A program made the translations under genes and the position numbers. A stretch of DNA of 57,295 bases. Origin: a virus. Taxonomy: Duplodnaviria > Caudoviricetes. Under the pieces are notes generated by a model, which was given only the letters and a program-made list of their open reading frames with translations, made no database searches and was not told the origin of the DNA. The DNA lies in the IMG/VR virus record IMGVR_UViG_3300010158_000080, positions 1 through 57,295 of that record; one strand, 5' to 3'. Positions 36,301 through 44,916 of this stretch are shown in pieces. The stretch's first letter is position 1; every line of letters begins with the position of its first letter.

Positions 36301-39300
36301 ATACAGCACGGCTGGATCAGTAATCCCGCGCCAGATGCCGTTCATCTGGTGCCGGCGCATTTTGATTACGGCGTCAGGAACTTTGCCAAAAAGCTGCAGG
36401 TGTGAACCATCTCTCTGGCGCAGCAATCGGCTGTTGAATTTTTCATTGAATATATTGACCAACCGATCCCGGCGCTCGTCATTGTTGAATGCCCAATCCT
36501 GAAATTCGCTGGCCAGTTCCTCGCCTTTTTGCTCACTCTCGGCGGTGCCAACCTCATCGACATGCGTTTTCTTGTTTTCGTCTTTGAATGTTACCTTCAA
36601 ACCCTTCGAGTTAAGAATTTTGTCAACAATGGCATCAGCATTGTGAGCATTGGCTGACGTTTCCCACTCAGCAGCAGGCTTGCCGTCGGTGTAAACGGTA
36701 AAAGCGTTGGTCAATTCCGAATAGCTGACATGGGCGTTATGGTAGCCAAGGTGTTTTAGAAAATCAGCATAAACGTCTGGCGGAATCCAATTGCTGCCCA
36801 AAATCGGCGTAATTCGATCGGGCGTCAAATCTTCTGGAATAATGCTCTCAAGCGCTTTGGCATTGGCATCGAGGCCGGCGGCGCGGGCCATGTTGAGTTT
36901 GCGCTTGACCAAGCCAGACAGGTAAAGATCACGCGGCTCCCAGCGTTTTGTCTCTGGGTCATAAAATGCCCTCGGCGTCTCACCTTCGGACAAAGCACGC
37001 TCGGCCCCCGGAACATCGGTCCCTAGCAGTTTGGCAATACGCTCAATGTCAATTCGACCAGACTCAGATAAGGCAATTGAAATCGCATCATTGGCATTTT
37101 CAGCATGTTCCGCAAATTTTGGCGGCGTTGTCACGCGCCGGCTCATAATGTCCGACTTGACCCATTTTCCATCAACATATTTTTCAGTTGCCAAAGGCAG
37201 TCCACCATCTGGCATTACATCGGCAAGGTTTGCTATTTTTCGGTCATTAAGCGCGCCATGTTTGGCTACAAAAGCATCATACTTAGCATTGAGCAAATTT
37301 CGACCAGCGGCAATTTGCGCATCAGTAGCACCGGATGATTCCAAAACAATTTGATTTTTGATGGCATCCCGCACCGGCAAAAGGTCACGCACAATCGCTA
37401 CACGGTCTTTGCCCCAGCGATCTTTGGGCGGAATTTCGTTTTCATTTTGGTAAGTGACAAGTTCTTTTTGGTTTCGGTTAGTGACCTTTCCACCTTCCTT
37501 GACCACTTTAAGCGGTTTTCCATCCTCGCCCAAAGTGTTGGTTGCGCGCTGCCACTTGCCATCAATCGTGTAATTATAGTCGGCGGGGAATGGGGTGTTT
37601 TCGGTCAAGGGAATCTCGCGCATAAGCGCTTTGCCCATTTCACCTGCATCAAAATCGACCACCATGTTGAGCTTATTATCAAGGTCGATTGCAATTGCGC
37701 CGGGTTCAGCGCGCATGGCTGAAAGGCGCATAGCGTCAGCCATGACCTGATAATGCCGCAAAGTTTTTTTGGCGATTCCATTAACGGGTGCAATTTCCGG
37801 CAATCTGGAAACCGCTTGGTCGAGCAAGCTTTCAAACTGCGAAGGGTCAGCCAGCGTCACATTCAGATCGGCGCGAGCGTTCATAGTGCCCGTCGCGTTA
37901 ATGTCGCCCACAACCATATAAGGGCGGCTTACAAAAAACGGGTTAGCATTGATTCGCTCACCAGAACCGGCGGGATCGTCAATGGTACTGGAAGGCACCC
38001 ACTCGTTCATAGTTTGCAACGCTCGGTCAATTTCATAGGGCGCAGGCTGTCCATGACCCTTTGGGTATTCGCCGCCCTCCATAACTTTGATCGAAGCATC
38101 GGCTACGGCTTGTTCATCTTCCGTCAGCTTTTTGAAAAATAGCATGTCGGTCACAACGGACGTTCGCGCATTTTCCTTGAATGCGGTGTCAGGCAGACGA
38201 ATGCCACCGATAAATCTACCGCGCCGCGCCATTTCTTTGCGGGCGCTTGGGTCGAGCGCATCCATGAGATTATGGCTTACCACCATTGCCATAGTCCCGC
38301 CCGGTGCCAGCGCATCAAGCGACCCAAGGAAAAACTGATTGTGGATCGACTTGCCATTAAGCGCGCTGTTGTGCGGAAAATAAAGGCTTTCCCGGCCAAA
38401 GGGTGGGTTGCCAATTGCAAGAGCAAATTGATTTTTGGGCAGCGGAAGCTGTTGGAAACCCGAATGAACAACATCGGCATTTGGGTAAAGCTTTTTGGCA
38501 ATGCGGGCGGTCAGGCCATCATACTCGACTCCAAAGGTCCGGCTGCCACCGCGCAAATTTTCAGGCATCAAGCCAAGAAAATTGCCAGTTCCCATAGATG
38601 GCTCAAGGATCGCCCCTTCGCGGAAGCCAAGCTTTTGAGCAGCTTTCCACATGGCATCGACAACGGTTTTGCTGGTATAGTGCGCAGCGGTCGTAGAATT
38701 ACGCGCAGCTTTCAATTCGTCAGGCGTCAACAATTCCTCAATCTCAGAAACGCGCTTCTCCCAGCCTTTGGCAACACCTTCGCCCTCTTTGGCCCCAGCC
38801 ACACGAAAAGCGTTTTTCAAGCCACCCCAGCCGACATAGCGCGCAAGCTGGCGCTGTTCCTCTGGGCTTGCCCGACGGTTTTCGGTTTCCAGCCGCTTGA
38901 GCGTCTTGATCGCGTCGAGATTGTCTTGAAATTTAACACCCTCGGTGCCTTCGCCCAGTTTCACATCATCGCTGATCGTAAAATCCGAAGCGGGCACATT
39001 GATTGGTGTCGAGTTCTCAATCACCTTGTTGGCAGCGATGACTTCTTCGCCGGGAGTTTCCGCGACAGGCTCACCTTTTACTCGCGGTTGATTCTTTCTT
39101 CCACCTCTGGCTCCGGTGGCAGGTTTATCAGTTGCGGAAGAACGAACTCCTCCGCGTCCTCCCTCGACAATCCCTGTCGCATCATTTGCGCTACTTGGTT
39201 CGCTGCTGTCCGGCTGGCCAATTGCGCCTGTCGGTTCAGTTCCCCCGTTTGCTTGAGGCTCTGGTACATTTTCGGACACCATTGTTTCCAATGGTCCAGT

Positions 39301-42300
39301 GCTTGGCGGGTATATTGCATCCCCAGCATTGTCTGTCTCCTTAGGGACATTATGCGCTTGTTCGGCTTCTTGCGCAAAATCTTTTAACGCTGCCGCCATG
39401 ACCTCCGGGCTATCCATGTCGGCGGTTGGCAAACCACGATCAACCAACTCATGCCTTGCACCATCATACCAATGGCGAAGGAAGGGGCGCAGTTTTTCAA
39501 ACGATTCCCCAAGATCGCCAATCATCGCCCGCGCAAAATCTGCAAACTTACGAGCGCCAGCCTCAATATGGAAAGCCGCCAGCTCGGAACCCAGCAACAG
39601 CGTTTCAGGGTCGATCCCCGCGTTAAGACGGTTCATGCGCTCCTTGAGCAACCGGCGCACCTCGGCAGCGCGATCAATGCTCACGCCCTTGTTTTGCGAT
39701 CCCCATGTAGGTTTGCGCGCAGCGGCTTCCTCTGCCGTTAAAAATTGGTCGCTGCGTTTGGAAGTATCTACGCTGGCGACATAGCCTTGATCCCTTGTCG
39801 GGACTAAGCTAACCGTTTCTTCATGGCGAATGCCATTGCGGGAATAAGAGCGAACGCCATTAGCATCTTCAAAAACATCATGGCCCTCTAGGTTTTTGCC
39901 TATGGGTTTTGCTTTTGAGGTGGCCGCTGCTTCGGGTGTAGGTTTGGCGGCATCAGGCAATGGCTTGGCTAAGTTGGCTTGATCCCATCCACGATACCAC
40001 GCCTCCCCAACAGCGGAACCCATATCATGCAAATAGCTGGGCAGCCGGCGTTCTTCACCACGCGCAAAAGCCTCAGCACCATCAGCCTTAGCTCGTTCTG
40101 GTCGATCAGCATTTTTTAAGAAAAGATAATTGCTGGCTCGAACGTCATCGGGAGAAATGCCTTCATGCGCAGCCATCTGTTCATCTGTGGCTTGACGCGG
40201 ATTTATGCCTTCAAGGGCAATCCGGGCATAATCGAGCAATTCTTTTTTGACTGGGAAACCTTGGCCCAGATCATTGGCCAAATTCCATTTTGGCACTGGC
40301 CCCCGGCTGTTGTTCACAAGGCGATCAAAACCATCGTTAATGCGCGCATCAATCCATTCACGTGCGCTCATCTCATTACCAGAACTGTCACGGACTCGCA
40401 TATTTTCAGCAGTCGAAATTGCAAATTTGCGATTGCGTTCAGCAATTCCGCGTTCAATTTCTGCTTCATGGTCAGCCGCAGCTTTGGCCACTTCGTCTTT
40501 AGTAATCCCAGCCCATTCACGCAAAACTTCACGTGTCGTAGCAAGGCCGCTAGGAAGCTTGATGCCAGTTGCCTCGGTAAAAATCAGCCGCGACTTTTTG
40601 TTGTCTGGACGCAGCATATCACGCAGCGCCCAAAAATCTTTATTGCGAATGTAATCCACAAATTTATGATCGGAAGGCAAAACATCCCGGCCAAGCAATT
40701 CGGCGCGGCGGCGCGCAAGTGCATCATAATCAATGGCTGGTTGCGCAGCCTCGGCGGCACCGGCAGCCACAGGCGCAGCTTTTTCTTTTGCTGCCAAGTC
40801 CATCATACGCTCGACATCGGCGTCGTCATGCAACTGGCCGGTGGCGTTTATGTCCTTGAGCGCGGCAAGTTCGGCTTGCTCATGGGGCGCAAGAGCGGGC
40901 TGTTCGGTATGCGCAACAACATCAGCCGCCCCCGCTGGGGGAGGTGTGGCCGGCTTGTTCAGTACATCACGGATTAAATCTTCATGCTTGGCCGAATACA
41001 GAAGCGCGCCGTCTTTGCCCGGTGATACCTTGGCATTGTCAGGTAGCGCGTCCTTGATCGCGGCAATCTGCTCTGGCGTTGCGCCAGTTAGGGTTACGCC
41101 TTTTCCGCTTGCTGTGCGCTCCAGCTTCGCCGCATTCAGTTCAGGTGATGCAGCCGCAGCAGCCTCTCGCGCTCCCGCACCACGACCTTCTGGATTCGCA
41201 ACGCGTTCTCCAGCCGCATCTTGTGCGCCGGATCGAACGTCCCTTTCGTCAGATACCTTTCCAGCGCTGCTACCCTCGCTTTGCTTTCCTCCAGAGAGTA
41301 CCTCAAGGTGGCCATTGAGGGCGACGATGTCGTTGGGGGAGAGGAGTTGTTCAGCTTGGGCCTCATGTTCGTTGGTTGCAGCATGGCTTGGCGCTCCAGT
41401 ATCGGCCTCTTGTTCGATCACATCGGCCAGTAGGGTGTCATGTGGCGCATCTGGGGCATGATCTACCCCAGCCTCCGCAGCGCGCACCTGCAGCGCCTCA
41501 GAGGCCACGGGGCGGTTGTCGTCGCGGTATTTCTCGATTGCATCCGTTGGCGGCATCTCAAACGGGGTTTTGGCCGGCTTACTCGGTTTTTTTGCCTGTT
41601 TCATGTTGGCAAAATCAGGCTCACCGGCATTAGTTTCATTCAATGGATCTGGTTTGGCTGCACGTTTTCTGATTGCATCAGCCGCCATACTTGTAGCTTT
41701 TTTACCAAGGGCAATGCCACCATGCAAAAGTTCGCCGCCGGCAGCCATAATTAGCGCCTGCTTACCAACATCATGAAAAAGTGGTCGATTAGGGTCATAT
41801 TGCTGGGCGACCGCATTATCACCTAAAGTCATAGCGCCACCGATAGCGGCGTTTCCACCTATGCGAGAGGCCGCATTCACGCCAACTCTAGCCAACCCTT
41901 TTTCAGCAATTTGCATACCAGCCTTGCCAAGGCTTTTACCAATGATCCCGCCAACAATCTTTTCGCCCGGAATCAACATAGCCGCGCCGGAAACAACCGC
42001 ACCTTCCGACGCTATAATTTGAGCTTTTTCTATTTCTTTGGCACTTGGTTGCCTTTTGGGTGCTGCTTCTGCCACTTTGGTTGCGAATGCTAGAGCCGCC
42101 TCATCTGACATGCCTTGGTTTTTACCTTTGTGAAAAGTATCCCAATATGCCTGTTCGTTGGGGGCTTGCATTTGCGCCTGAATGGCAGCTTCATAATGAG
42201 CATCATAGCTATCACCCGCTGCGACTTTTGCACCTATTATTGGATTTATGAGCAAAGGCACGGAGCCAATTGCGCCGTGCATAATTTCTTGCCCAAGGGT

Positions 42301-43248
42301 AGGGTTTTTTAATGCCGTCTCTTTTGCTTTGTTTTTCAAATTCTCCGCAAGAAGGGTGTAGCCTTCTGATAGGGCTGGTGTACCAGTTAGCGAATCTATA
42401 ACCGTACCGACAACTTGAGACGCACCAGCGCCAGCTTGGTAAAGGGCCGACCCCAATTCAGTCCCATAATCGCCCAAAGTTCCCCACCAGCCCTTTGGCT
42501 TGGCCGGAGCGGCAGCGGCGGGCGCGAATTGCGCCCAAGGATCAGATGATGATTTGGGGGCATCTTTGGCGGGCGCGAATTGCGACCAGTCATCATCGAC
42601 TTTCCCACCATGCGCAGCAGCCCAAGCATTTGCGGCTGCCATGCGCTTGCCTCGGGCTAGACCTTTCGAGCGCTCAAAATGCTGGTCAATTGCGACGGCA
42701 GCGGCGGCAGGTGTTGGCGCGTTCAAAATTGCAGCGCGTTTTGCCGCCGGCAAACGGTCGATCTCATATTTTGTAAACAACGCGACCTGCATCGGTGTGG
42801 CTTGCGACACATCAATACCCATCATTTTTTGAAATTCAGCGGCGCGATCTGGGTGCCACTGGAACACACCACGCGCAGCACCGCCATCGCCTTTTGCATG
42901 TGGATCAAAACCGCTTTCCGCAAAGCCGTTACCCATCAGGCCAGCAATGACGTTACCCGAAAACCCGACATCCTGAAAAGCATTGGCATATTTGGGCGCA
43001 GCGGCGCTGTAGTCTATCTTGCCTGCAAACGACGGGGCAAAGCCTTGTGCGCCACCCGAAGGCTGTTCTCCACGCCCCCAATCGCCTGTCGCGGCTTGGT
43101 AAAACGGGTTGTCTTTAGGATCGCCTTGCCCTTTGAGCGGGGTTCCAGTGCCAACGCCAGTCGGGATCGGCGGCGGGGTCCATTCCGTTGCGTCATCAAT
43201 AGGAATATCCCCGCTATCAGCGGATACGAATTGATCCCAATCGCTCAT
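30325..43248 (-). CDS. Giant 4307-aa polyvalent ejection protein: lysozyme-like + DarB-like N6-MTase + SNF2 helicase + HExxH
   Basis: GLMGNGFAESG...GVFQW (~42.6-43.0 kb); LEPSMGTG (~38.6 kb) and GNPPF (~38.4 kb); HVVGAGKT, DEAH, TGTPISN, QREGRIVRQGN; HEVVH (~33.23 kb); occupies the P22 gp16 position. Confidence 0.88.
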   Translation of the reverse strand: MSDWDQFVSADSGDIPIDDATEWTPPPIPTGVGTGTPLKGQGDPKDNPFYQAATGDWGRGEQPSGGAQGFAPSFAGKIDYSAAAPKYANAFQDVGFSGNVIAGLMGNGFAESGFDPHAKGDGGAARGVFQWHPDRAAEFQKMMGIDVSQATPMQVALFTKYEIDRLPAAKRAAILNAPTPAAAAVAIDQHFERSKGLARGKRMAAANAWAAAHGGKVDDDWSQFAPAKDAPKSSSDPWAQFAPAAAAPAKPKGWWGTLGDYGTELGSALYQAGAGASQVVGTVIDSLTGTPALSEGYTLLAENLKNKAKETALKNPTLGQEIMHGAIGSVPLLINPIIGAKVAAGDSYDAHYEAAIQAQMQAPNEQAYWDTFHKGKNQGMSDEAALAFATKVAEAAPKRQPSAKEIEKAQIIASEGAVVSGAAMLIPGEKIVGGIIGKSLGKAGMQIAEKGLARVGVNAASRIGGNAAIGGAMTLGDNAVAQQYDPNRPLFHDVGKQALIMAAGGELLHGGIALGKKATSMAADAIRKRAAKPDPLNETNAGEPDFANMKQAKKPSKPAKTPFEMPPTDAIEKYRDDNRPVASEALQVRAAEAGVDHAPDAPHDTLLADVIEQEADTGAPSHAATNEHEAQAEQLLSPNDIVALNGHLEVLSGGKQSEGSSAGKVSDERDVRSGAQDAAGERVANPEGRGAGAREAAAAASPELNAAKLERTASGKGVTLTGATPEQIAAIKDALPDNAKVSPGKDGALLYSAKHEDLIRDVLNKPATPPPAGAADVVAHTEQPALAPHEQAELAALKDINATGQLHDDADVERMMDLAAKEKAAPVAAGAAEAAQPAIDYDALARRRAELLGRDVLPSDHKFVDYIRNKDFWALRDMLRPDNKKSRLIFTEATGIKLPSGLATTREVLREWAGITKDEVAKAAADHEAEIERGIAERNRKFAISTAENMRVRDSSGNEMSAREWIDARINDGFDRLVNNSRGPVPKWNLANDLGQGFPVKKELLDYARIALEGINPRQATDEQMAAHEGISPDDVRASNYLFLKNADRPERAKADGAEAFARGEERRLPSYLHDMGSAVGEAWYRGWDQANLAKPLPDAAKPTPEAAATSKAKPIGKNLEGHDVFEDANGVRSYSRNGIRHEETVSLVPTRDQGYVASVDTSKRSDQFLTAEEAAARKPTWGSQNKGVSIDRAAEVRRLLKERMNRLNAGIDPETLLLGSELAAFHIEAGARKFADFARAMIGDLGESFEKLRPFLRHWYDGARHELVDRGLPTADMDSPEVMAAALKDFAQEAEQAHNVPKETDNAGDAIYPPSTGPLETMVSENVPEPQANGGTEPTGAIGQPDSSEPSSANDATGIVEGGRGGVRSSATDKPATGARGGRKNQPRVKGEPVAETPGEEVIAANKVIENSTPINVPASDFTISDDVKLGEGTEGVKFQDNLDAIKTLKRLETENRRASPEEQRQLARYVGWGGLKNAFRVAGAKEGEGVAKGWEKRVSEIEELLTPDELKAARNSTTAAHYTSKTVVDAMWKAAQKLGFREGAILEPSMGTGNFLGLMPENLRGGSRTFGVEYDGLTARIAKKLYPNADVVHSGFQQLPLPKNQFALAIGNPPFGRESLYFPHNSALNGKSIHNQFFLGSLDALAPGGTMAMVVSHNLMDALDPSARKEMARRGRFIGGIRLPDTAFKENARTSVVTDMLFFKKLTEDEQAVADASIKVMEGGEYPKGHGQPAPYEIDRALQTMNEWVPSSTIDDPAGSGERINANPFFVSRPYMVVGDINATGTMNARADLNVTLADPSQFESLLDQAVSRLPEIAPVNGIAKKTLRHYQVMADAMRLSAMRAEPGAIAIDLDNKLNMVVDFDAGEMGKALMREIPLTENTPFPADYNYTIDGKWQRATNTLGEDGKPLKVVKEGGKVTNRNQKELVTYQNENEIPPKDRWGKDRVAIVRDLLPVRDAIKNQIVLESSGATDAQIAAGRNLLNAKYDAFVAKHGALNDRKIANLADVMPDGGLPLATEKYVDGKWVKSDIMSRRVTTPPKFAEHAENANDAISIALSESGRIDIERIAKLLGTDVPGAERALSEGETPRAFYDPETKRWEPRDLYLSGLVKRKLNMARAAGLDANAKALESIIPEDLTPDRITPILGSNWIPPDVYADFLKHLGYHNAHVSYSELTNAFTVYTDGKPAAEWETSANAHNADAIVDKILNSKGLKVTFKDENKKTHVDEVGTAESEQKGEELASEFQDWAFNNDERRDRLVNIFNEKFNSRLLRQRDGSHLQLFGKVPDAVIKMRRHQMNGIWRGITDPAVLYDHVVGAGKTFTAIARIMERRRMGMSNKPLVVVPNHLVEQWAKDAIKLYPGAKIMAAGKADFERANRRRLFARIAASDFDMAIIGHSSFNFIDLDRATEERYIQDELQSAHAAVIEAEKAAAEAGQSGFRKPFGVAEAERLVKKLEERLARLRGGNRDRLLSFEQMGIDDLTIDEAHEFKNLAYSSRLQDIRGMGNKTGSQKAMDLHLKMRAIRERHNTSIAFLTGTPISNSVSEMYLLMRNLVPQELKEMGLENFDAWRSMFVSAGTEWEPTEAGGVKEVNRLGRNWANMRPLMDLWYSVADAVTNDDIKAAYAEDNPGKKYPLPDTNSQRANGRDREVAVVPPSPTTQRILEEVVRGFEELPFEKDPKARNIARLKLMDRARKVSLDPRAVDPTIDVGDERSKLATIADRVAATYKKWNSDKGTQIIFLDRSVPKSKGDDKIIAAYDAAYGKLMDAVSKGDEDAKAKALDGLEKFNPNEIEAMRVAQAGGWNAYDELKKLLKAQGIPESEVAYVQEANTDKQKSDLFGKVNRGEVRVLIGSTQRMGAGTNVQERLVALHHGDTTWKPSDIEQREGRIVRQGNSLLAKYGDDKFAVDVIAYVTERSIDAKMWDLNAKKLKAINGIRKYDGADTMEFDDAESVGMAEMAALATGNPLMIQRVELDGDIKKMQLQQRSYNNRINALRSKIASNVRQMANGPQRADMYAQFADVLEAQKARVQANSTQRMAMVDGKPYNDVRAATDAAQAIIAKFRANDPKARFSIDIDGEKITSVDGVDNAIRNKLGTPDFEGSLGDQQFIDTNDLAKAIGAKAVESKGKKEFTISGVSIDGMPAEIDVGESFGKVSASISVLDAQGREVAQYNTLTDAFTPSTARALINKIREQMDPIRFRSAAAYEQRKVEAAAQEQEGLQAEVAKPWPKTDELAAKREQLQQVITELSGEKRSDETQAEGDAKQSIAEPGSEQLSASHADMLDRLREVGLEGKVALKIVKSLGGPAGEFHRNVITIAMDGPSAMHALNHEVVHAMRGAFTDAEWRALSRVATGDARLMASIKKRYFELSGEDQVEEAVSDLFARFATGERQPAGLLLKAWERIKAIFEAIGNALRGNGFRTAKDVMRAMSSGEIASRMNDMTEAGALDASFARQSRVERDDKEAPRTGPGGIITNILGRGVDNVGHKLAEAARKALPDPVQTALHEVRMGLDPIAEGSDRAQGVAKDFANAKRLAAYQWGKLDEWLVKNFDAESRRRMWEAADEQGVILRRGDQPGPNEGLNRLTDKERDTVLELQRRADASFKAAQDLGMVTGEGLESYVPRMIIEMTASGPKVISKTTSKQERRGGKISTTTGQLRQRKYETVEETEAAARAAFGNGVEVVRDIRTLGVATQRLDQAIAGRTLVENIKTMSKDTGDVLVEEGSTSNPQSFFTMPDEPALQTWGVKFVEDAETGKVVPALDQNGDMMPLWISKEFEGPLKAVLTGPSSGIVRAIMDIKAKQMSIIMYNPVMHNAVIWGKAIPADPLGVLLLYRYFAGNKVRNDPAQMSQAIKDGMDPIGGRYFNQDIAGIASAEGQGIKAGQSWTSQILGKGVDLFSPTAGEATRRAIDKFGDVWHNTLLWDRIADLQAGLYAHLREKGIKAGLDPVTAGREAAHFANRYAGALPMEAMSQMARTTANLLLFSRSFTLGNMAAAKDVIGGLPSDVKAQILRDAGPLMLDKAQGRTRLKAASMLLIESAFSTVSLVLAAHLAAWLAGQIYQAPSDNEKGKEGRFLIRYDENGTAIYGRLPTGKVNEDQIGWVTQPRDIMLRKLSFLGKLMYEVAANDRGFGHKIIGPDDKGIYGYGAVIGRLGYDVIIGTLPMSQYDAVNDYFHGTGDKKSAALAAMLPLAGITISPGAPGGPGMADIYNAKESQRFRFDEAKAEIGKMIKRGDVAGARQKMNELKVAPSLQSYIIRTTLNPSFRMNGKQVRDFMRIATPEQVEKFRADQAAMAKRKAQQ
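39078..39329 (-). CDS. Overprinted (+1 frame) TnpV-like small protein nested in the giant gene
   Basis: TAAGGAG 7 nt before ATG; MLGMQYTRQALDHWKQWCPKMYQSLKQTGEL...EDAEEFVLPQLINLPPE. The host frame is a low-complexity linker here. Confidence 0.65.
   Translation of the reverse strand: MLGMQYTRQALDHWKQWCPKMYQSLKQTGELNRQAQLASRTAANQVAQMMRQGLSREDAEEFVLPQLINLPPEPEVEERINRE
41136..41384 (-). CDS. Possible second overprinted (+1 frame) helical protein nested in the giant gene
   Basis: GGAG 9 nt before ATG 41384 (alternative ATG 41315); amphipathic LEESKARVAALERYL...RLENALRIQKVVVRERERLL over a disordered host linker. Confidence 0.35.
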   Translation of the reverse strand: MLQPTNMRPKLNNSSPPTTSSPSMATLRYSLEESKARVAALERYLTKGTFDPAHKMRLENALRIQKVVVRERERLLRLHHLN

Positions 43249-44912
43249 TAGTGACGAGCCTTGTTTTGCAGCTTCCTGCCATCAGGCGCAATAAACCATG
43301 AACCTTGAGGGAGGGAAAGTGCTTGCTGCACTGTGCTAACAATATAAGGTTTATCGGCAGACCCGAAAGGTGATTTTGATGCGGCATATTGAGCATAAGC
43401 TTGACGTTGTGCTTGAGTGTGGTTTCCGCCTTTATTAGATGGTGAACCGCCTTGATCTGGAGCGCCCGCATTTTGAATTGTGGCCAAGTTGCTCCGATAC
43501 GCAGCCTCAATATCAAACGGCTGGCCGGGATTGTTTATGCTGGCGAGGTCTTGTTGATGGATAGCCATCCCCCGCGCCGCCACAACCTGCCGGTCAGGAG
43601 CCATTGGCTTGATGCCGACGGCAATATCATAGGCTTCCTTATCGTTGTAGCCGGCGGCTTTTGCGCCAGCTATTTTGGTTTCAAGCGTTATCGCGCCGGC
43701 ACTTTGCTTACTAACGGCTACACCGCTATCGGCGACCTCCCCAGTTTGACTATTAAGAAGGCCAAGATTTCCACTTGGGAGGTTACCAACTGGCGAATAT
43801 GAATGCGTATACGGAGCGCGAGCTTTGGCCTCGTTTGCCGCTTTTTGGCCGCTATTATCCATATATTGCGAGACGGTTTGGGCTTGTACAGTCCATCCAA
43901 TGATCTTCGACATAGTCATCTGGTCGATTGGTCGAGACAGTAAATCTTGGGCGACAAGCGGTGCCATCCACTTATGGTTGACGACGATGGCCAAAGATTC
44001 GCGCAAAGCTGCAACAGCTTCTGGGGAATTAGCGCCATACTGCGCGATCTGCGTCAGGACGTTTTGCCCAAGCGATCCCATAGTGCTTTGCTGGGTCACA
44101 AGAGCGGTTTTTTGAGCATCACTAAGCGTGTTTTCTGCGGTTGCCAGTTTTTCATAAATGGTTGGCGCATAGCGCTTAAGGTAAACGGGATTGCCCGTTT
44201 TGTTATAAGCCATCATCCCATCATTTGCGATAGCCTCAGCGGCTTCCTTGGGATAGCGAATGGCAAATTCGGTCATGGCAGGAATTGGCTTGCCGGTAAC
44301 CGGCGACACATAAACTTCCCGATCAGGGCTTGTCGTTTGGCCAAGCGCGGCAAGCGGCGAAACGGCAGCTGGGGCTTGCGCCAAGGGGCTGGGATTGTTT
44401 ACAATCGACTGAACACCATGCGATGCAGCGGCCTCGCGGTATTCCTTGGCCTTGTCGCCATGCCCAATAAACTGCGCTGCTTGCGGAACCTCTTTGGAAA
44501 GTTCCAGCATTTTCGCATCCCATACAGCCGCTTGCGCCGGGTCGCTGGGATCAACGGATCTCATTACCTCCTCGACGCGTGGATCAAGAAGCGTATTTTG
44601 ACTGGTGGCCGGAGCAGTTGGTTGGTACGCAGATTCCGCAGCGGCCAATGGCGACGATTGCCCAGTTCGCTGCGCGACAATCTTATCCATCAGCGTATTG
44701 TGCATCAGCTTTTCAGTCAATGTCATCGCATTGTCTTGGTTGGTTTGCTGCGCGCCGATGGTCCGCTGCTTGCTATACTCAACATCAAACGGCGCAGTCG
44801 CCCGCGCCACCTGCGACTGCGTTTGGGCAGTCGAGGCTTGCGCCGCCGCAAGTTGGCTCTCGGACGGCGTATTCACGTTCAAAGCCACGAACTGTCCGCC
44901 ATAACCAGCCAT
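43248..44912 (-). CDS. Ejection/DNA-transfer protein (gp20 position)
   Basis: A/Q-rich, between the gp7-like gene and the giant gene; C-terminal LPQGSWFIAPDGR. Confidence 0.65.
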   Translation of the reverse strand: MAGYGGQFVALNVNTPSESQLAAAQASTAQTQSQVARATAPFDVEYSKQRTIGAQQTNQDNAMTLTEKLMHNTLMDKIVAQRTGQSSPLAAAESAYQPTAPATSQNTLLDPRVEEVMRSVDPSDPAQAAVWDAKMLELSKEVPQAAQFIGHGDKAKEYREAAASHGVQSIVNNPSPLAQAPAAVSPLAALGQTTSPDREVYVSPVTGKPIPAMTEFAIRYPKEAAEAIANDGMMAYNKTGNPVYLKRYAPTIYEKLATAENTLSDAQKTALVTQQSTMGSLGQNVLTQIAQYGANSPEAVAALRESLAIVVNHKWMAPLVAQDLLSRPIDQMTMSKIIGWTVQAQTVSQYMDNSGQKAANEAKARAPYTHSYSPVGNLPSGNLGLLNSQTGEVADSGVAVSKQSAGAITLETKIAGAKAAGYNDKEAYDIAVGIKPMAPDRQVVAARGMAIHQQDLASINNPGQPFDIEAAYRSNLATIQNAGAPDQGGSPSNKGGNHTQAQRQAYAQYAASKSPFGSADKPYIVSTVQQALSLPQGSWFIAPDGRKLQNKARH

Positions 44913-44916
44913 TGAC

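Noticed and set aside
31312-41461. Many 100-370 aa plus-strand ORFs opposite the giant gene
   Set aside because: Shadow ORFs caused by codon bias; no RBS or protein-like pattern, unlike the same-strand nested ORF at 39078-39329.
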